A stretch of DNA of 64,000 nt from the NCBI GenBank assembly GCA_965240325.2, contig OZ251226.1, positions 2,480,001 to 2,544,000 on the forward strand, read 5' to 3'. The position numbers and the translations under genes were made by a program. Of the stretch, positions 29,390-42,064 are shown piece after piece (position 1 is the stretch's first letter; each line of letters opens with the position of its first letter). The notes beneath the pieces were generated by a model. It saw only the letters and a list, made by a program, of their open reading frames with translations. It ran no database searches and was not told the origin of the DNA. The stretch comes from Rebecca billardiae RCC1528 (Eukaryota > Protista > Haptophyta).

Positions 29390-30828
29390 TCAGCAAGTGC
29401 AACACAGAACACTCCCAGGCGTCCTGCTCATGATGATGGCCGTCGTATTCGTGCCACCGGAAATGTGCAGTCTCGTCTGCGACTCATTGTGATCGCCAAG
29501 ACGATCAGCCTGCATCATGTGTTCACGCGTTCGCAAGAGCAGGAACCTCGAAAAGTCGTTAGTTGCCACGTACAAGGGCAACGGACAGCGCCGCAACGGC
29601 CGCGCGCGCACTTGCAGTGGCTTTGCCAGCTCCGCCGCATCCAGCTCTCCCTCACACACGTCGCGCCACTGGCGGTCGAGCGTTGCCAGGGCGGGCGCGT
29701 TCGCGCGCACGGCGGGCGAGGCGGCTCTCCACGCGCGATCGTGCACGCGGAGGAAGTGCGCGTACAGCGCCAGATCGACGGCGTGCGATCGCTTGAGCTG
29801 AGCCTCGTCTGCTGCGCTCGTCACCGGCCACGCAGGCCTGCCTGTGGGGCAGACGTCCCCTGCCCTGGCCGGATGCTTGCGCAGGCTCACGAGCTCCTCG
29901 AGGCCAACGGCGGGCGCGAGGTCTGCGTGCATGAGAGCCAGCGACTCGTACCAGCGCTCGAGGATCAGTACGCGGCTGAACTGCGCCTCGAGGCCACGGA
30001 GCCAATTGGAGACGCGCGAGCGCTCCGCGTCGTACGCGGTCGACGAGTTGTGCAGCAGGTACCAGCCCAGGTCGAACGCCTGAGGGCTACGCACGAATTC
30101 ACGAATCATGCGCTCGCTCCTGCGCTCGTGCAGCACGCGATTCATCGACACCGCATGCCCCAGCGCGCGGCTCGTGTTGCACCCGTACGCTCGCACCTGC
30201 GGCCCGAAGAAGTTGAGCGCCGACGCGATCTGCGTGTGCGGGTCGCGCAGCAAAGTGATCCAGTACGGAGGGCGGCCGTCAGCACGCATGTAGCCAGCGA
30301 TGCGCGCGCGGTCGTAGAAGATGGTGTGCTCGACGAGCATGTCGAACTGATGCGCGGGTGGGTCGGCGTGGCGAAACGGCTCAGCCCACGGCAGGAAGTC
30401 GTTCGGCCCACCCGAGTACGGCCCACCAGAGAGGTCGCTCGACGCAAGGAAGGAAGCGTTGCGCCAGTCGCCCATCCGCTGCAGCATGTTCTTGATAGAG
30501 CCGGAGCCTGTCTTGTGTGTCTGGATGGACGGATGACGGCGCGCATCATGTCGTGCGGAGGGTGAAAGGGGGGCACGGCGGATTGGTTTGCAGCCGAGCC
30601 GCACGCGACGCAAGGAGTGAGCGCGCGCGCGCGTGGCTGCCCAGGCTCAACCTTGATGAAGATGATCGGGCGGAGGGGATGGCGCGCGAGCTCAGCACGG
30701 CGCGGCGCGGAGAGGAGGAAGCTATTCGAGCCGCCCAAGGGCACGCGTGTGTCGCACAGACACGTCGATGCTCTAGCGGCCGGCCGCTGCGCGCCGATGG
30801 CGAGGACGACGGCAAGCACTTTGTGCAT
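29390..30828 (-). CDS. Galactose-3-O-sulfotransferase-like protein (2 exons: 30828-30652, 30520-29390)
   Basis: Splicing GTTGAG...ATCCAG (30651-30521) creates the family motif PIIFIK|THKTGSGSIKNML. Also WITLLRDP, VLILERWYESL, DLALYAHF, and an N-terminal signal anchor. Confidence 0.88.
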
Positions 30829-31145
30829 GCGGTTCCGGAGCTCCCTCCCTCCCGCACGCCCGCGCGGGGGGCGCCCAGCACACCCACACCCTCACCCTTG
30901 CCCTTTCTAAGTACCCTTGGCCCAGGAACGCCCTCGAGTTCGGGCTTGGTGACCTCGAGTGCGCCGGCGGCCTCCTCCTCGAGCCGCTCTTAATCATCAG
31001 GCGATCCCCCCTCTATTTCTTTGATCCCCACGTCCTGGTCTTATATGCCAAATCGAACCGTCTTCCTATTAACTATTCCAAGCGGGTACATTTGAATACG
31101 CCCGCTATCAATAGATAATAGTGCACGCCGTGAGTGCAGAGACTT

Positions 31146-31468
31146 TTTTTTAAATTCCCCTTTATAACGGGCTCCGGGTGATCAGGCTGGCGGCCGAAGC
31201 CTCCAGCCCTACCCTGGCCAGCCCCCAACCAACCACCACCCTCACCCAACCTCAAACCACTGACCGAGACACCTAGTGTCTTGACACCACTCCACTGTTT
31301 TTAAATTCCCCTTTATAACGGGCTCCGGGTGATCAGGCTGGCGGCCGAAGCCTCCAGCCCTACCCTGGCCAGCCCCCAACCAACCACCACCCTCACCCAA
31401 CCTCAAACCACTGACCGATGTGGACAGCCCGCCTCCAGAGGGGGCGGGGGTATGCCATTGCCAACAGC
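31146..31468 (+). repeat. Repeat family C, two tandem copies (ttttaaattcccctttataacgggctccgggtgatcag...cctcaaaccactgaccga)
   Basis: Near-identical ~120-bp blocks at ~31146 and ~31297; a third copy at ~34358. Confidence 0.9.
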
Positions 31469-31513
31469 ATACGGAGGCGACCGGGGACCGCGTCACGAAA
31501 GAGTGTGGAGTAG

Positions 31514-32532
<1,019 letters not shown>

Positions 32533-32645
32533 CGGCGCGAAGTGCCGCGAACGCGGCATGAAAAAAAATCCCCCGCATCCCCACTGGGCGGAAGTGCGGA
32601 CGGGTTACGGTAACGCCGAAAATCGATTTCTTTACTGTGATATCT

Positions 32646-33328
32646 ACTCTACTTAATCGTGTAAAGTGGATCCGCGGCACAGATGTCGGGTTAGTTACGA
32701 AAATGCCCACAATTCGGAGTTTTCTCTATGAAAAACCATCGGTTCGGCTGTTTTTACTCGCTAAACCAACGGTTCGACGGATGTTACTCCGAAAAACCAT
32801 CGGTTCGCCGGGTTTTACTTGCCAAACAATCGTTTCGACGAGTTTTACCCACTGTGCCTGCAGTTGGGACAGTCCTCGCACGTAGTGGCCTCGAAAGAAA
32901 AGATTCGGAGTACGCTTTTGTCGAGTGATGGCTGCGCGATGTATTATGTTTTCCGCTCGAGTTGCCGTTCGTCCGAAAGAAAATTCTTCTCGACGAAACA
33001 TGGAGGGCCAATCAGGGTCCGTCGATCGATTACAGTTTACAGCCATCACTCGACAAAAGCGTACTCCGAATCTTTTCTTTCGAGGCCACTACGTGCGAGG
33101 ACTGTCCCAACTGCAGGCACAGTGGGTAAAACTCGTCGAAACGATTGTTTGGCAAGTAAAACCCGGCGAACCGATGGTTTTTCGGAGTAACATCCGTCGA
33201 ACCGTTGGTTTAGCGAGTAAAAACAGCCGAACCGATGGTTTTTCATAGAGAAAACTCCGAATTGTGGGCATTTTCGTAACTAACCCGACATCTGTGCCGC
33301 GGATCCACTTTACACGATTAAGTAGAGT
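32646..33328. mobile_element. Long inverted repeat (289-bp arms 32646-32934 and 33040-33328, 105-bp spacer) with internal ~30-bp subrepeats; foldback-like
   Basis: Arms are reverse complements, and identical translations appear on both strands in the ORF track. Subrepeats aaaccatcggttcg..ttttact occur four times per arm. Confidence 0.88.
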
Positions 33329-33529
33329 TTACTATGTTTTAACGTGCACACTTGTCGACGCGACTCAAGTTAGGCGGCTCATTTGAACAGCAACCGCCGG
33401 ATGATACTCGCTCGTCAAGTAGAGGGGCCCGCTCGGGCCAGGCTGACCGCCGTGACGGGAGGTCGAGATGCCACCGCGGGCGCCGCGGGGCTGCGACCGA
33501 GGGTGTGGACCGTCGGGGTGATGTGTGAG

Positions 33530-34146
33530 CAGGATGCTCACGCCCTGTCGCCTGCAACTGTCGACGGCCGCCCTCCACCTGCACCTCGCCTGCACCTCGC
33601 GACCGTGCGGCCGATGACCGATCTGTAACGCTCGACGATTGATCCGACGGCTCGACGAGTGATCGAGTGATCCGCACGACGGGCGTCGCCTGCAACTGAT
33701 AACGGCCGCTCTCATGTCCGGTGCTCAGGAGGCGCACGCTTGACGCGTGTCCTGCGCGGTTGTCACCTGCCCCGGCGGTTGCAACTCTCTACATCTCTCC
33801 TCCGGACGGAGTGGCGCGCCGGTCCGTGTTGCGACGGCGTTGCTCGACTGGATCTGCGCACCGGGCGTCGCCTGCAAGTGTTTACGGCCGTCCACCAGCC
33901 CTACAGCCCGAGGCCAGTGGGAGCACGCGCTTGATGCGTGCCGTGCCCTGCGCGGTTGTCACCTGGCTGCCTGCCCCTGCTGCTGCAACTCTCGACGGCG
34001 GTGCGCAGATCAGTGCTGCTCTACTGGATCTGCGCCCCGGGCCTCGCCTGCAGCTGTTTATTTACGGCCGTCCACCAGCCTTACACGGTCCGAGGCTCAG
34101 TAGACAGTAGGGGCGCGCGCTTGATGCGTGCCCTGCGCAGTTGTCA
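33530..34146 (+). repeat. Degenerate ~190-bp tandem repeats
   Basis: cgcttga(c/t)gcgtg.cctgcgc.gttgtca at ~33737, 33928 and 34118; gcctgcaa/tttacggccgtccaccagcc recurs. Confidence 0.7.
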
Positions 34147-34260
34147 ACGCAGGCTGTAGCGCTGTCCGCACCGCTACCGGTATACGAACCAAGCGAACGT
34201 CTGAAGGTGGTCGTGAAGCTGCCGCTGCCGGCGTGCAGCGGCGGCTGCAACTCACTCTCT

Positions 34261-34700
34261 AGTTTGTCTCTGCTGCTCGATCTGCTGCTACAGCTTGCTG
34301 ACTCTGACGCCTGCCCGTTGCATACCACGTCGTTAATATACTGACGCATTCTGTATGTTTTTAAAATTCCCCTTTATAACGGGCTCCGGGTGATCAGACT
34401 GGCGGCCGAAGCCTCCAGCCCTACCCTGGCCAGCCCCCAACCAACCACCACCCTCACCCAACCTCAAACCACTGACCGATACACCAAGTGCCTTGACACC
34501 ACTCCGCTGTGGACAGCCCGCCTCCAGAGGGGGCGGGGGTATGCCATTGCCGACAGCATACAAGCCCAACACTGTGGGGTGGTCCCAGGTACCAGCAGTG
34601 CACTGCCGTCTGTTGCACTCTGAGCCTGACGCTTGTCCGATGCTGCCACGTCGTTAAATATACTGACGCCTGCCCGTTGCATACCACGTCGTTAATATAC
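34261..34700 (+). repeat. Family F motif (ctgacgcctgcccgttgcataccacgtcgttaatata) x2 bracketing the third family C copy (34358-34560)
   Basis: F at ~34303 and ~34663, again at ~37888 and partially at ~59536. The C copy matches 31297-31468. Confidence 0.8.
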
Positions 34701-34798
34701 TTATATATACATATATATTACTGCTTTATATAAATATTAACGCGGGGCGGTCTGGCCGCTCTGGGTGATCAGATTGCATGGCCGCGATGCTGGAAGAG

Positions 34799-35995
34799 CT
34801 AGGTGGGCGTGATGCTTCGCGCGGCGAGTTTGAGCCAGCGCTTGGCAGCGGATGCGTCAGCGTCAAAGGAACACAACCCTCCGCGCCGAGCCAGGTCCGC
34901 GTCCATGTCTCGCTCGAGCGCGGCGCGATCGTGCCAACGCGGCAACAGCGCCGCCTCAGTCTGTGCAGTGAGGTTGAGCAGCCTATCGCGCGTCGAGTTG
35001 GGTGCGCAGCGCATCGGCGGCTCTTCGCCGCCGAGCGTCTCCATGAGCTGCAGCGTGCTGGCGTGCGCGCTCGCCACAATCGTGTTGGCAGCTTCAGTGG
35101 GGCTCACGTGCTGGCGGCTCGTAGCTGCCGCGAGGACATCGAGCCCCACGAGGCTCACCCCCGTGTTCATGTGCGGCTCGTTCTCCATCTGTTCCCTGCG
35201 CACGTTAGCGCACACATGCGGCGCGGGCAGCCCGCCGCACGCCAGCTGCTCGAGAATCGAGGCGGCGCCGTGCATGTTGAGCACCTCCACGGAGCCCGCG
35301 CCGAACGAGGCGCGGAGGCGCGCGGCAAGCGGGAGGACGGAGTACTCCCACGTCGCGTCGATGCCTCCCGAGCGCAGAAAGTCGACCAGCGGCACGTACG
35401 AGCGCGCCGTGTCCGCGAGCGTGCGCGAGGCGTTGAGGAACTCTGCCTTGCTCTGTTCATTGTGGTAGCTCATGAGCCACGCGTAGAACCGGCGGTGCAC
35501 GACGACGGCGCGAATGGCCGGTGCGAACGGGGCGAGTAGCTGCGAGAGAGCGGTGAACTTCACGCGCTTGCTGAACTCCTCTGATGAGAGCAGCACGCAC
35601 TTCCCCGCGCTTGCAGCGTTCTCGATCTGCCGCGAGAAGCTGCGCACGACGGAGTCGGACGGCAGCACACCCTTGAGGGGGTGCTCGGAGGGCGACTGCA
35701 GGACGATCGCAAGCTGGGCATGGTCCTTGCTGCGTGCATACGGCCAGCCGCGCAGCTGGCGCAATCCATGAGGGATCACAAACCCATCCTCGCTCACGAG
35801 GCGCTTGTGCGTCTGTGTTGCTTCCATGAGCTGGGTCTGGAGCGAAGTAGAGCCGGTTTTATGCGGCCCCACGTGCAGATAAGCCGTGCGCGCGCACGTC
35901 TGCGAGACATTCTTGGCAGGAGCCCTCCCTCCGGACACCGTCGCAGTCATCGCCAAGGCGATGGCAAGTCGCCGACGCGCCGGTGCCGCCGCCAT
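34799..35995 (-). CDS. Sulfotransferase-fold (P-loop) secreted/type II membrane protein
   Basis: AYLHVGPHKTGSTSLQ, VLLSSEEFS and VVVHRRFYAWLMSYHNE motifs; N-terminal hydrophobic LAIALAMTATV. Confidence 0.75.
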   Translation of the reverse strand: MAAAPARRRLAIALAMTATVSGGRAPAKNVSQTCARTAYLHVGPHKTGSTSLQTQLMEATQTHKRLVSEDGFVIPHGLRQLRGWPYARSKDHAQLAIVLQSPSEHPLKGVLPSDSVVRSFSRQIENAASAGKCVLLSSEEFSKRVKFTALSQLLAPFAPAIRAVVVHRRFYAWLMSYHNEQSKAEFLNASRTLADTARSYVPLVDFLRSGGIDATWEYSVLPLAARLRASFGAGSVEVLNMHGAASILEQLACGGLPAPHVCANVRREQMENEPHMNTGVSLVGLDVLAAATSRQHVSPTEAANTIVASAHASTLQLMETLGGEEPPMRCAPNSTRDRLLNLTAQTEAALLPRWHDRAALERDMDADLARRGGLCSFDADASAAKRWLKLAARSITPT

Positions 35996-36055
35996 CGCTC
36001 GTCGCCGCTTCCGCAAAACGGTTCGCGAGTTCGCCAGGTCTGTCCAGCTGGTGGC

Positions 36056-37369
36056 ATGGCGCCCGCCGCAGCGTGGCCACTAGCGATGATGGCATTTATG
36101 AGCCGAGGCCCGTCGGTGGTCGAGGAGGCATGCAACTCGACGGCTGTCCTACATGCTACCTCTCGTCGTCGGGAATGCCAAGGGCTTGTCGGCATTCACA
36201 TCGACAAGACGGGCAATTCTGTGTATCACGGACTCAGTGTACTGTGCGCTGCGTGGCGCGCAGAGGGCATGGCACCTCTCGACGTGATTGTGGAAATGCA
36301 CGGTGGTCAGCACAAGGGCGGGCAGCAAGACCGAGGAGGAATCTGGGCACCGATTGATGACATGCAACGCCCAGCCACGCGCACCGCCTGCACTCACGTG
36401 GTGGTCTCAGGGCCGGTTCCCGAAGCCCTCGCAGCATATGCGATCACAAGCAATGTGACTGGTCCCAGCGGACGTGACGCCTGTATTGTGGCACTCTCCG
36501 CGTCCACTGCTCGCTTCTGGGCCCACACGCCGTCGGTGGTAGGCGGATGGGTGCGCGGCTCTCCTATCGTCACGTTTGTGCGCGACCCTGTCGCCCGGCT
36601 GATCTCCACGTACGACTTCATGCTCAAGATGGCCGGCAAGCTGATATATCCCTTCAACCTGACCCTGCAGGACACGGGTGATGAAACATTGTTGCATTAT
36701 CTCGACTCTGCCAGACTTGTGCACGACAGGCTCGGCACCGCTACGCGCGACGGCCGCATGGACCAGCATGCCGTGCAGCCTTCGTCTGCCAGCGCCATCC
36801 GCATCCGCTCGTTTGGCAGCATGCTACAGCTCTGCATGCAGGCCACTGCGCGCACTGGCTCTGTGGATCTGGCCAAAGACGTACTGGCGAGGGTCCCGCA
36901 CGCCACCGATGGCGTGCCACTGTACTTTGGCGGCGTCGCCAGCCTCGAGCGCGTGCAGAGCAGGCTCCTCTTTGTGGGTACGGCTGAGGCAATGAATGAG
37001 GACTGGCAGCGGCTGGAGCGCGTGCTCGCGCGACACTTTGGGCTTCTGCGGGGCGGCCAAGCCCGTCCCCTGCCCCAAGTCAAGCTGGTCCGTTCTCACA
37101 GCTCGAGCACCGGCCGAGCAAAGCTAGCGCTCAGCCCTGCTGCAGTCACGTACGTGAGGCATCGGCTCGTGCCCGAAGAGCTGGAGTGCATCAGGTGGCT
37201 GTGCAAGCACGGCCATGTGCACTATGGAGGTCGCGGAGGCGCGGCGTACTACGCGAAGCTGACGACAGCGCCCCACATGGCAGTATACCGATACGAGGAA
37301 GGGGTGGCGGGCGAAGCCCCCCCTAATAAGGGCACACACTACAGTGGGAAGGGTCCTGTTTGTGGGTAG
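36056..37369 (+). CDS. Sulfotransferase family 2-like protein
   Basis: GIHIDKTGNS (5'-PSB), IVTFVRDPVARLISTYDF (3'-PB), LFVGTAEAMNEDWQRL. A signal-like N-terminus follows ATG 36056. Confidence 0.78.
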   Translation: MAPAAAWPLAMMAFMSRGPSVVEEACNSTAVLHATSRRRECQGLVGIHIDKTGNSVYHGLSVLCAAWRAEGMAPLDVIVEMHGGQHKGGQQDRGGIWAPIDDMQRPATRTACTHVVVSGPVPEALAAYAITSNVTGPSGRDACIVALSASTARFWAHTPSVVGGWVRGSPIVTFVRDPVARLISTYDFMLKMAGKLIYPFNLTLQDTGDETLLHYLDSARLVHDRLGTATRDGRMDQHAVQPSSASAIRIRSFGSMLQLCMQATARTGSVDLAKDVLARVPHATDGVPLYFGGVASLERVQSRLLFVGTAEAMNEDWQRLERVLARHFGLLRGGQARPLPQVKLVRSHSSSTGRAKLALSPAAVTYVRHRLVPEELECIRWLCKHGHVHYGGRGGAAYYAKLTTAPHMAVYRYEEGVAGEAPPNKGTHYSGKGPVCG

Positions 37370-37540
37370 CTCCTGTACGGCTGAGGCAATTAATGCAGAC
37401 TGGCAGCGGCTGGAGCGCACGTCAACGTGCGCTCGCGCGACACCGCCAAGTATTCTCCTATCCTAATTCTGACATCACGACTAGCTACTACCGTACTACA
37501 AATATAAATCGTCATCCCAAAAATCATATAAAACTATGTA

Positions 37541-37614
37541 TGTATATACATACATACATACATACATACATACATACATACATACATACATACATACATA
37601 CATACATACATACA

Positions 37615-37650
<36 letters not shown>

Positions 37651-37659
37651 TATATATAT
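37541..37659. repeat. (CATA)n + (TA)n microsatellite
   Basis: Directly visible. Confidence 0.97.
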
Positions 37660-39746
37660 GCATGCATGATACTGCGACCACCGCGGTGGCAGCGAGCGCG
37701 CGTCGACGCCATCAGACAGACGGTGCGTCGAGCTTCCGCTCACGGCGATGGAGTGATGGGCGACTACGAGGGCGGGGGGGGACGACGGCGAGGAGCGCCG
37801 CTGATCGGTGATCCTGCCTGGTGTTTGTCACTGTTTGTCTCTGCAGTCTGCTGCTCGATCTGCTGCGCTACAGCTTGCTTAACTACTCTGACGCTTGCCC
37901 GTTGCATACCACGTCGTACGTTAATCATAATATTAATGACCGCGTTCCGCGGTCCTTCCGTAGAACCAACGTAGTTAGGGGCCCGCGGTGCACTCTCCGT
38001 CGGCATATGCTGTCCGTCCAACGCGCGGCCGTAGCGGCAGCAGCAGCGCGGAGCGCCGTCGAGCACGCGCGGCAAACGAATAATGGAATATTATGCAGCG
38101 CGGGCGAGTCGACGGTCTGGAAAATGCGCGATCACGCCACAGCAGGCTGGCAGAGCCCGCCTCGAGCTGCAGCATGCGCCGTAGGTGCTGCCCCAAGCTC
38201 TCGACTGCCCGTAAGCGGCGGCATGTGCGGCGGCGCCGGCGGCGGCCACGCTGCCCCGCCGTTGCGCGCCGCGGGGCGCTGCCAGCACCTCCGTGGTGAA
38301 GCGCACAGCGCTCGAGCCCACAGGGGCTGGCGACCGTCAAACCGACACCCCATGACACGGGCCGGGGCTGCGTGTGCCAGCTGCACGCACCCCCTGGGCC
38401 CACCTGGCCCGCTCGAGCAGCTCGCGCCTTGGGTGCGCACAGCGGCTCGAGTATACTGGTATGGGACGCCTGCTAGTGCTGCGGTGCCGCCGAGCGAGCA
38501 CGTGCGGCCGAGGGTCACGCAGCACGGGCGACTCGACGGCGGCGAGCAGGCGCGACGGCCTCGCCGCGCCGCGGTAGAGCCTGCCCGGGCTGCAGCACGC
38601 CATAGGAGCAGCCCAGCGCCCTCCTCCGCCCTCCAGCTTCGGCGCGCGCAGCAGGCCCGGCGGCGGACATGCTGGCGTGCCCAAGCAAGCAGGCAGATGG
38701 GCGCTGCCGGCCGCGCCGTCGCAAAGCGCGCAGAACTCGAGCTCGGGGGGGCGGACGGCCGCCAAACTGGCGCCGCAGGACGTGGCACTGCGTGCGCCAG
38801 CTGCGCGCACCCGCTGCGCCCGCGTAGCCCGTGCGAGCGCCGCGCCTCGAGCACACGCCGCAGCAGCTCGACACAGCCACTGCAGTGCCACGCCGTGGCC
38901 CGTCGGCATCTTGGAAGCCGCCGAGAGCGTGTGCTTTCCCCGCACGACGGCGGTAGCTGCCGCGATGTATACGAGCGTGCTGCCGCGCCGGCCGCCGCTG
39001 CCCGGCCGCTGCGCCGGCTTCCACTCCGCGCCCGCTGCGCGTCCGCAGCTGGCAGCTGCGCCCGCCGTCAGCCGGCCCGGTGGCCAGCTGCCGCGCTCGC
39101 TGGGCGACCACTCGATGATGCGCGCAGCGTAAAGTGCGCGCTGGGCACCTCCTCGTCGCGTGCAATTTCGAGGTAGTCCTGCATCTGCTCCTGCATCAGC
39201 CCCTCCCACCCTGCGCGCGGGCGCGGACGGAGTCGCACGCACGCGGTCCGATCGACGATCGATCGAGGCGCGGGCCGCGGCGGGACCGGGGCGTCGACGC
39301 GCAGGTTAGTTAGGTATGGTGCCGGCGCTTCCCGCAGGCGTTGCGCGCTTGGGGCGAGTGGGGCGCGTGGGCGAGACCAGCGGCCAGCCAGCCCACGCCA
39401 CCGGCGCGAGGGCACCGGCGCGGCGCGCACACACACTTTGGGCCGCGGACCTGGTCGCGGGGCCGCCGCGCGGCTGCGTGACCGGCAGCTGTGAGTGAGC
39501 TGATCGAGTGAGCAAGCCGAATGCGCGTCCGGAGGTACCTGCAGGCGCGCTCGGGGAGGGCCGAGGGCGATAGGTCGAGACCAGCGGCCGGCCGGCACCC
39601 GTCGCGCACGCACTCGGTGCGCGCCTTTGAAGGCGGCATCCTCGCTCGGGCCGATGTCGTCGCGCCGCTCGCGAGCACGAGACAGCTGACAGGCGGGTAA
39701 CTTGGTTGTGACAAGCGCTATATTCAAAAGAATATCTTTCAATATT

Positions 39747-40094
39747 GGCCCGCGGTGCAGGGCGGAGCGCGCAGCGTGGAGCCCGCACCAGCGGGCCCGA
39801 ACAACGTTTCAAAAAGATCTTTGATCAAGAAAAAAGGGACGGGGGACGATTTTCAGGGCTGGAGGAGACCGAGTTTCGAATTTTGAGACTCCCTTACAGG
39901 TGCATTAGCGTCGAAAAAGGTCGCGCCCACGGCAAGTTCATATTGGAGTGACGCCCGTCCAAAAAACTTCACGCCCTTTAGGATCCATAACGTAACGAAC
40001 CGTTACAAGCGATTTTTTCCAGCCAATGAGATTGCCGCAAGGTCATCAAGGAGCGATGACGACGTATCTAGATAGCCAGCCGGCACCGCGGGCC
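39747..40094. mobile_element. Family A MITE, 348 bp, 12-bp TIR GGCCCGCGGTGC, flanked by ATT/ATT
   Basis: att|GGCCCGCGGTGCAGG...CCGGCACCGCGGGCC|att. Confidence 0.65.
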
Positions 40095-40477
40095 ATTCGT
40101 TCATTACTTGTGTGCTGGACTGCGCTTGTTATTAATTCATTACTTGTGTGCTGGACTGCCGCTAGCTTTTGCGGGTTCTGATCATCAATCACCCAGGGCC
40201 CGGTCTGGTCATAAATGAGCCGCCCGCCGTTTATGACGACCGCCCATTCATGTACATGTATGAACAATGGGTCATTAGACCGCGTCGTATCTTAAAAAAA
40301 CCGCTTCACGTTGCACCGCGTCGTATCAATGCTCGAAAATGAAATTCTATTCTACCGCTTCACGTAGTAACCCTGAGATGATCATAGATTATTGAAGATG
40401 CTCCCGTCAAGTCGTCGCGGCCCCGTCACCGACGCAAAACAACAGAGGTGGGCCCGATCGCACGTGGGTGGGGGGCG

Positions 40478-41868
40478 ATGGCAAGCAGCACATCGACCGG
40501 CGACGCCGACCAGGACTACGTTCGCCGCGTATTGAACGCGCTGCTCGACTCGAGGACGGTGACGCGGGTGAACAACACCACGTTCCAGAGCACCGCTGCC
40601 GCCATCTCCGTCGCCAGGCACAAGCAGACCATCCCCGGCGCCGCGAGCGAGTACGGCGTACGTCAACAAAAGCGATCAAGCAGCTCCTTGGCCAGGTCCG
40701 CAAGGTGCTGGCGGCGGAGGGCGCACTCGGCAGCGGTGGCGCTGCGCGGTTGATCACCGACTTTCGTTCGTGCCCCGCAGGCGTTCGTCACTCGAGGAGC
40801 AGCGCGCAAGGGCGAGCCGAGTCCGGAGCACGCGAGCTCGTCGCTCGCCGCCCGGAGCAGAGCGCGCCGCTGCGAGCGAGCGGGCGCGGCAGAGCTGATG
40901 AGCCGGATGCGCCCGGAGCTCGCGCGGCTGAAGGGCGAGCTCGAGCACGCGAGCTCGCGCCTCGACGCCGAGCGCGAGCTCCTCCTCAACTCGGTCGACG
41001 GCGGCGCGGAGGTGCAGCAGCGTGAGGACGAGCAGGAGCATCAGTGAAACGCGCGCCGGTTCCGGGTCGCGCAGCGGTGCCCAGCTGCCTGCCACGCGAG
41101 CGGCGGCCACGTGGCGCGAGGAGCTGCGTGGGGAAATCGCCGCGCGCGTCGACGCGGCGATCACCGGGCTGCAGGCCTCGGCAATCGACGCGGTGCGCAC
41201 CCTCGCCGCCAGCCGCGACGACTCCGCCGTCGAGCTGCAGCAGCTGCGCGCGCAGATGCCAGAAGTGCCGATGGGCGGCGGCGTATCAGCAGGCTGACGT
41301 GCACGAGCACGTGACACGCGGAGGCGCTAGGCGCCAAGCTGGCGAAGTGCGGCGCCGAGCTCGACGAGCTGAGCGACGCGGCAACGGACGCGCTGGGCGC
41401 CCGCGCCGCCATCGTCGCGGCGCCCTCCAGCAGCTCGAGCAGCTGTGGATAGTTGGCCGTCGAGGCGACCGCGGGTGTGACTCACAGTGTGAGTGAGCCG
41501 GCGCGCGGCTCAGCCTGCCGCTGGCAGCCGCCGTCTTCGAGGCCGACGCGGCGGAGGAGGCGGCGGGCGAGCACGGCGGCGCGGTGGAGCAGGCGCGCAC
41601 GCGCGGCGGCAGGCGCGACGCGCCGCTCGCCTCGTTCCACCGCCCCGAGCTCCGCTCGGTCGGTCTCGGTGCGAGGCTGCGCAGCCGGCAGGCCGGGGCC
41701 AGCAGTGGCGCACGCTCTCGCTCTGCCGGCACGAGCGACCAGCGGCCCGTCGTCGAGCGCATGGCGCAGGGCGAGTACCTCAAGCAGGTGCGCCCGCTCG
41801 CGCGCACGCGCTGGCTCGCGCCGCGCCAGCGCCTCTCGTCCTGCCTGCGCGCGCGCGCCGGCCGCTAG
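40478..41868 (+). pseudogene. Frameshifted coiled-coil protein remnant inside the 4.1-kb TIR element
   Basis: Successive short frames with host-like codon usage and heptad-like peptides (IKQLLGQVRKVL, ELARLKGELEHASSRLDAERELLL, WREELRGEIAARVDAAITGLQA, AKLAKCGAELDELSDA), broken by stops and frameshifts. Confidence 0.45.
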
Positions 41869-42064
41869 TCCCCGCGGCGGCCCGCGGACCCGCGGCGACA
41901 GTCCTCGGCCCGCCGGCCCGGTGGGCGGCAGTGACTGAGTTGGCGGTGGCAGCTCAGGCGAACTGTTACACATGTCAGACTGACACAGCAGCCGACGGAG
42001 GGTGCGCCGCGGGCCCCGAACTACGTTCGTTCTACGGAAAAAGACCGCGGAACGCGGTCATATC

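Larger units (their letters stand above)
37938..42059. mobile_element. 4.1-kb family B TIR element (~67-bp TIRs, AT on both flanks) carrying a degraded gene fragment and a nested family A MITE
   Basis: Left end GACCGCGTTCCGCGGTCCTTCCGTAGAACCAACGTAGTTAGGGGCCCGCGGTGCACTCTCCGTCGGC. Right end (reverse complement) GACCGCGTTCCGCGGTCTTTTTCCGTAGAACGAACGTAGTTCGGGGCCCGCGGCGCACCCTCCGTCGGC. Confidence 0.72.

Noticed and set aside
37821-39742. 451-aa and overlapping ORFs as a transposase of the TIR element
   Set aside because: Low-complexity Arg/Ala translations with internal duplications and no DDE or HUH motifs.
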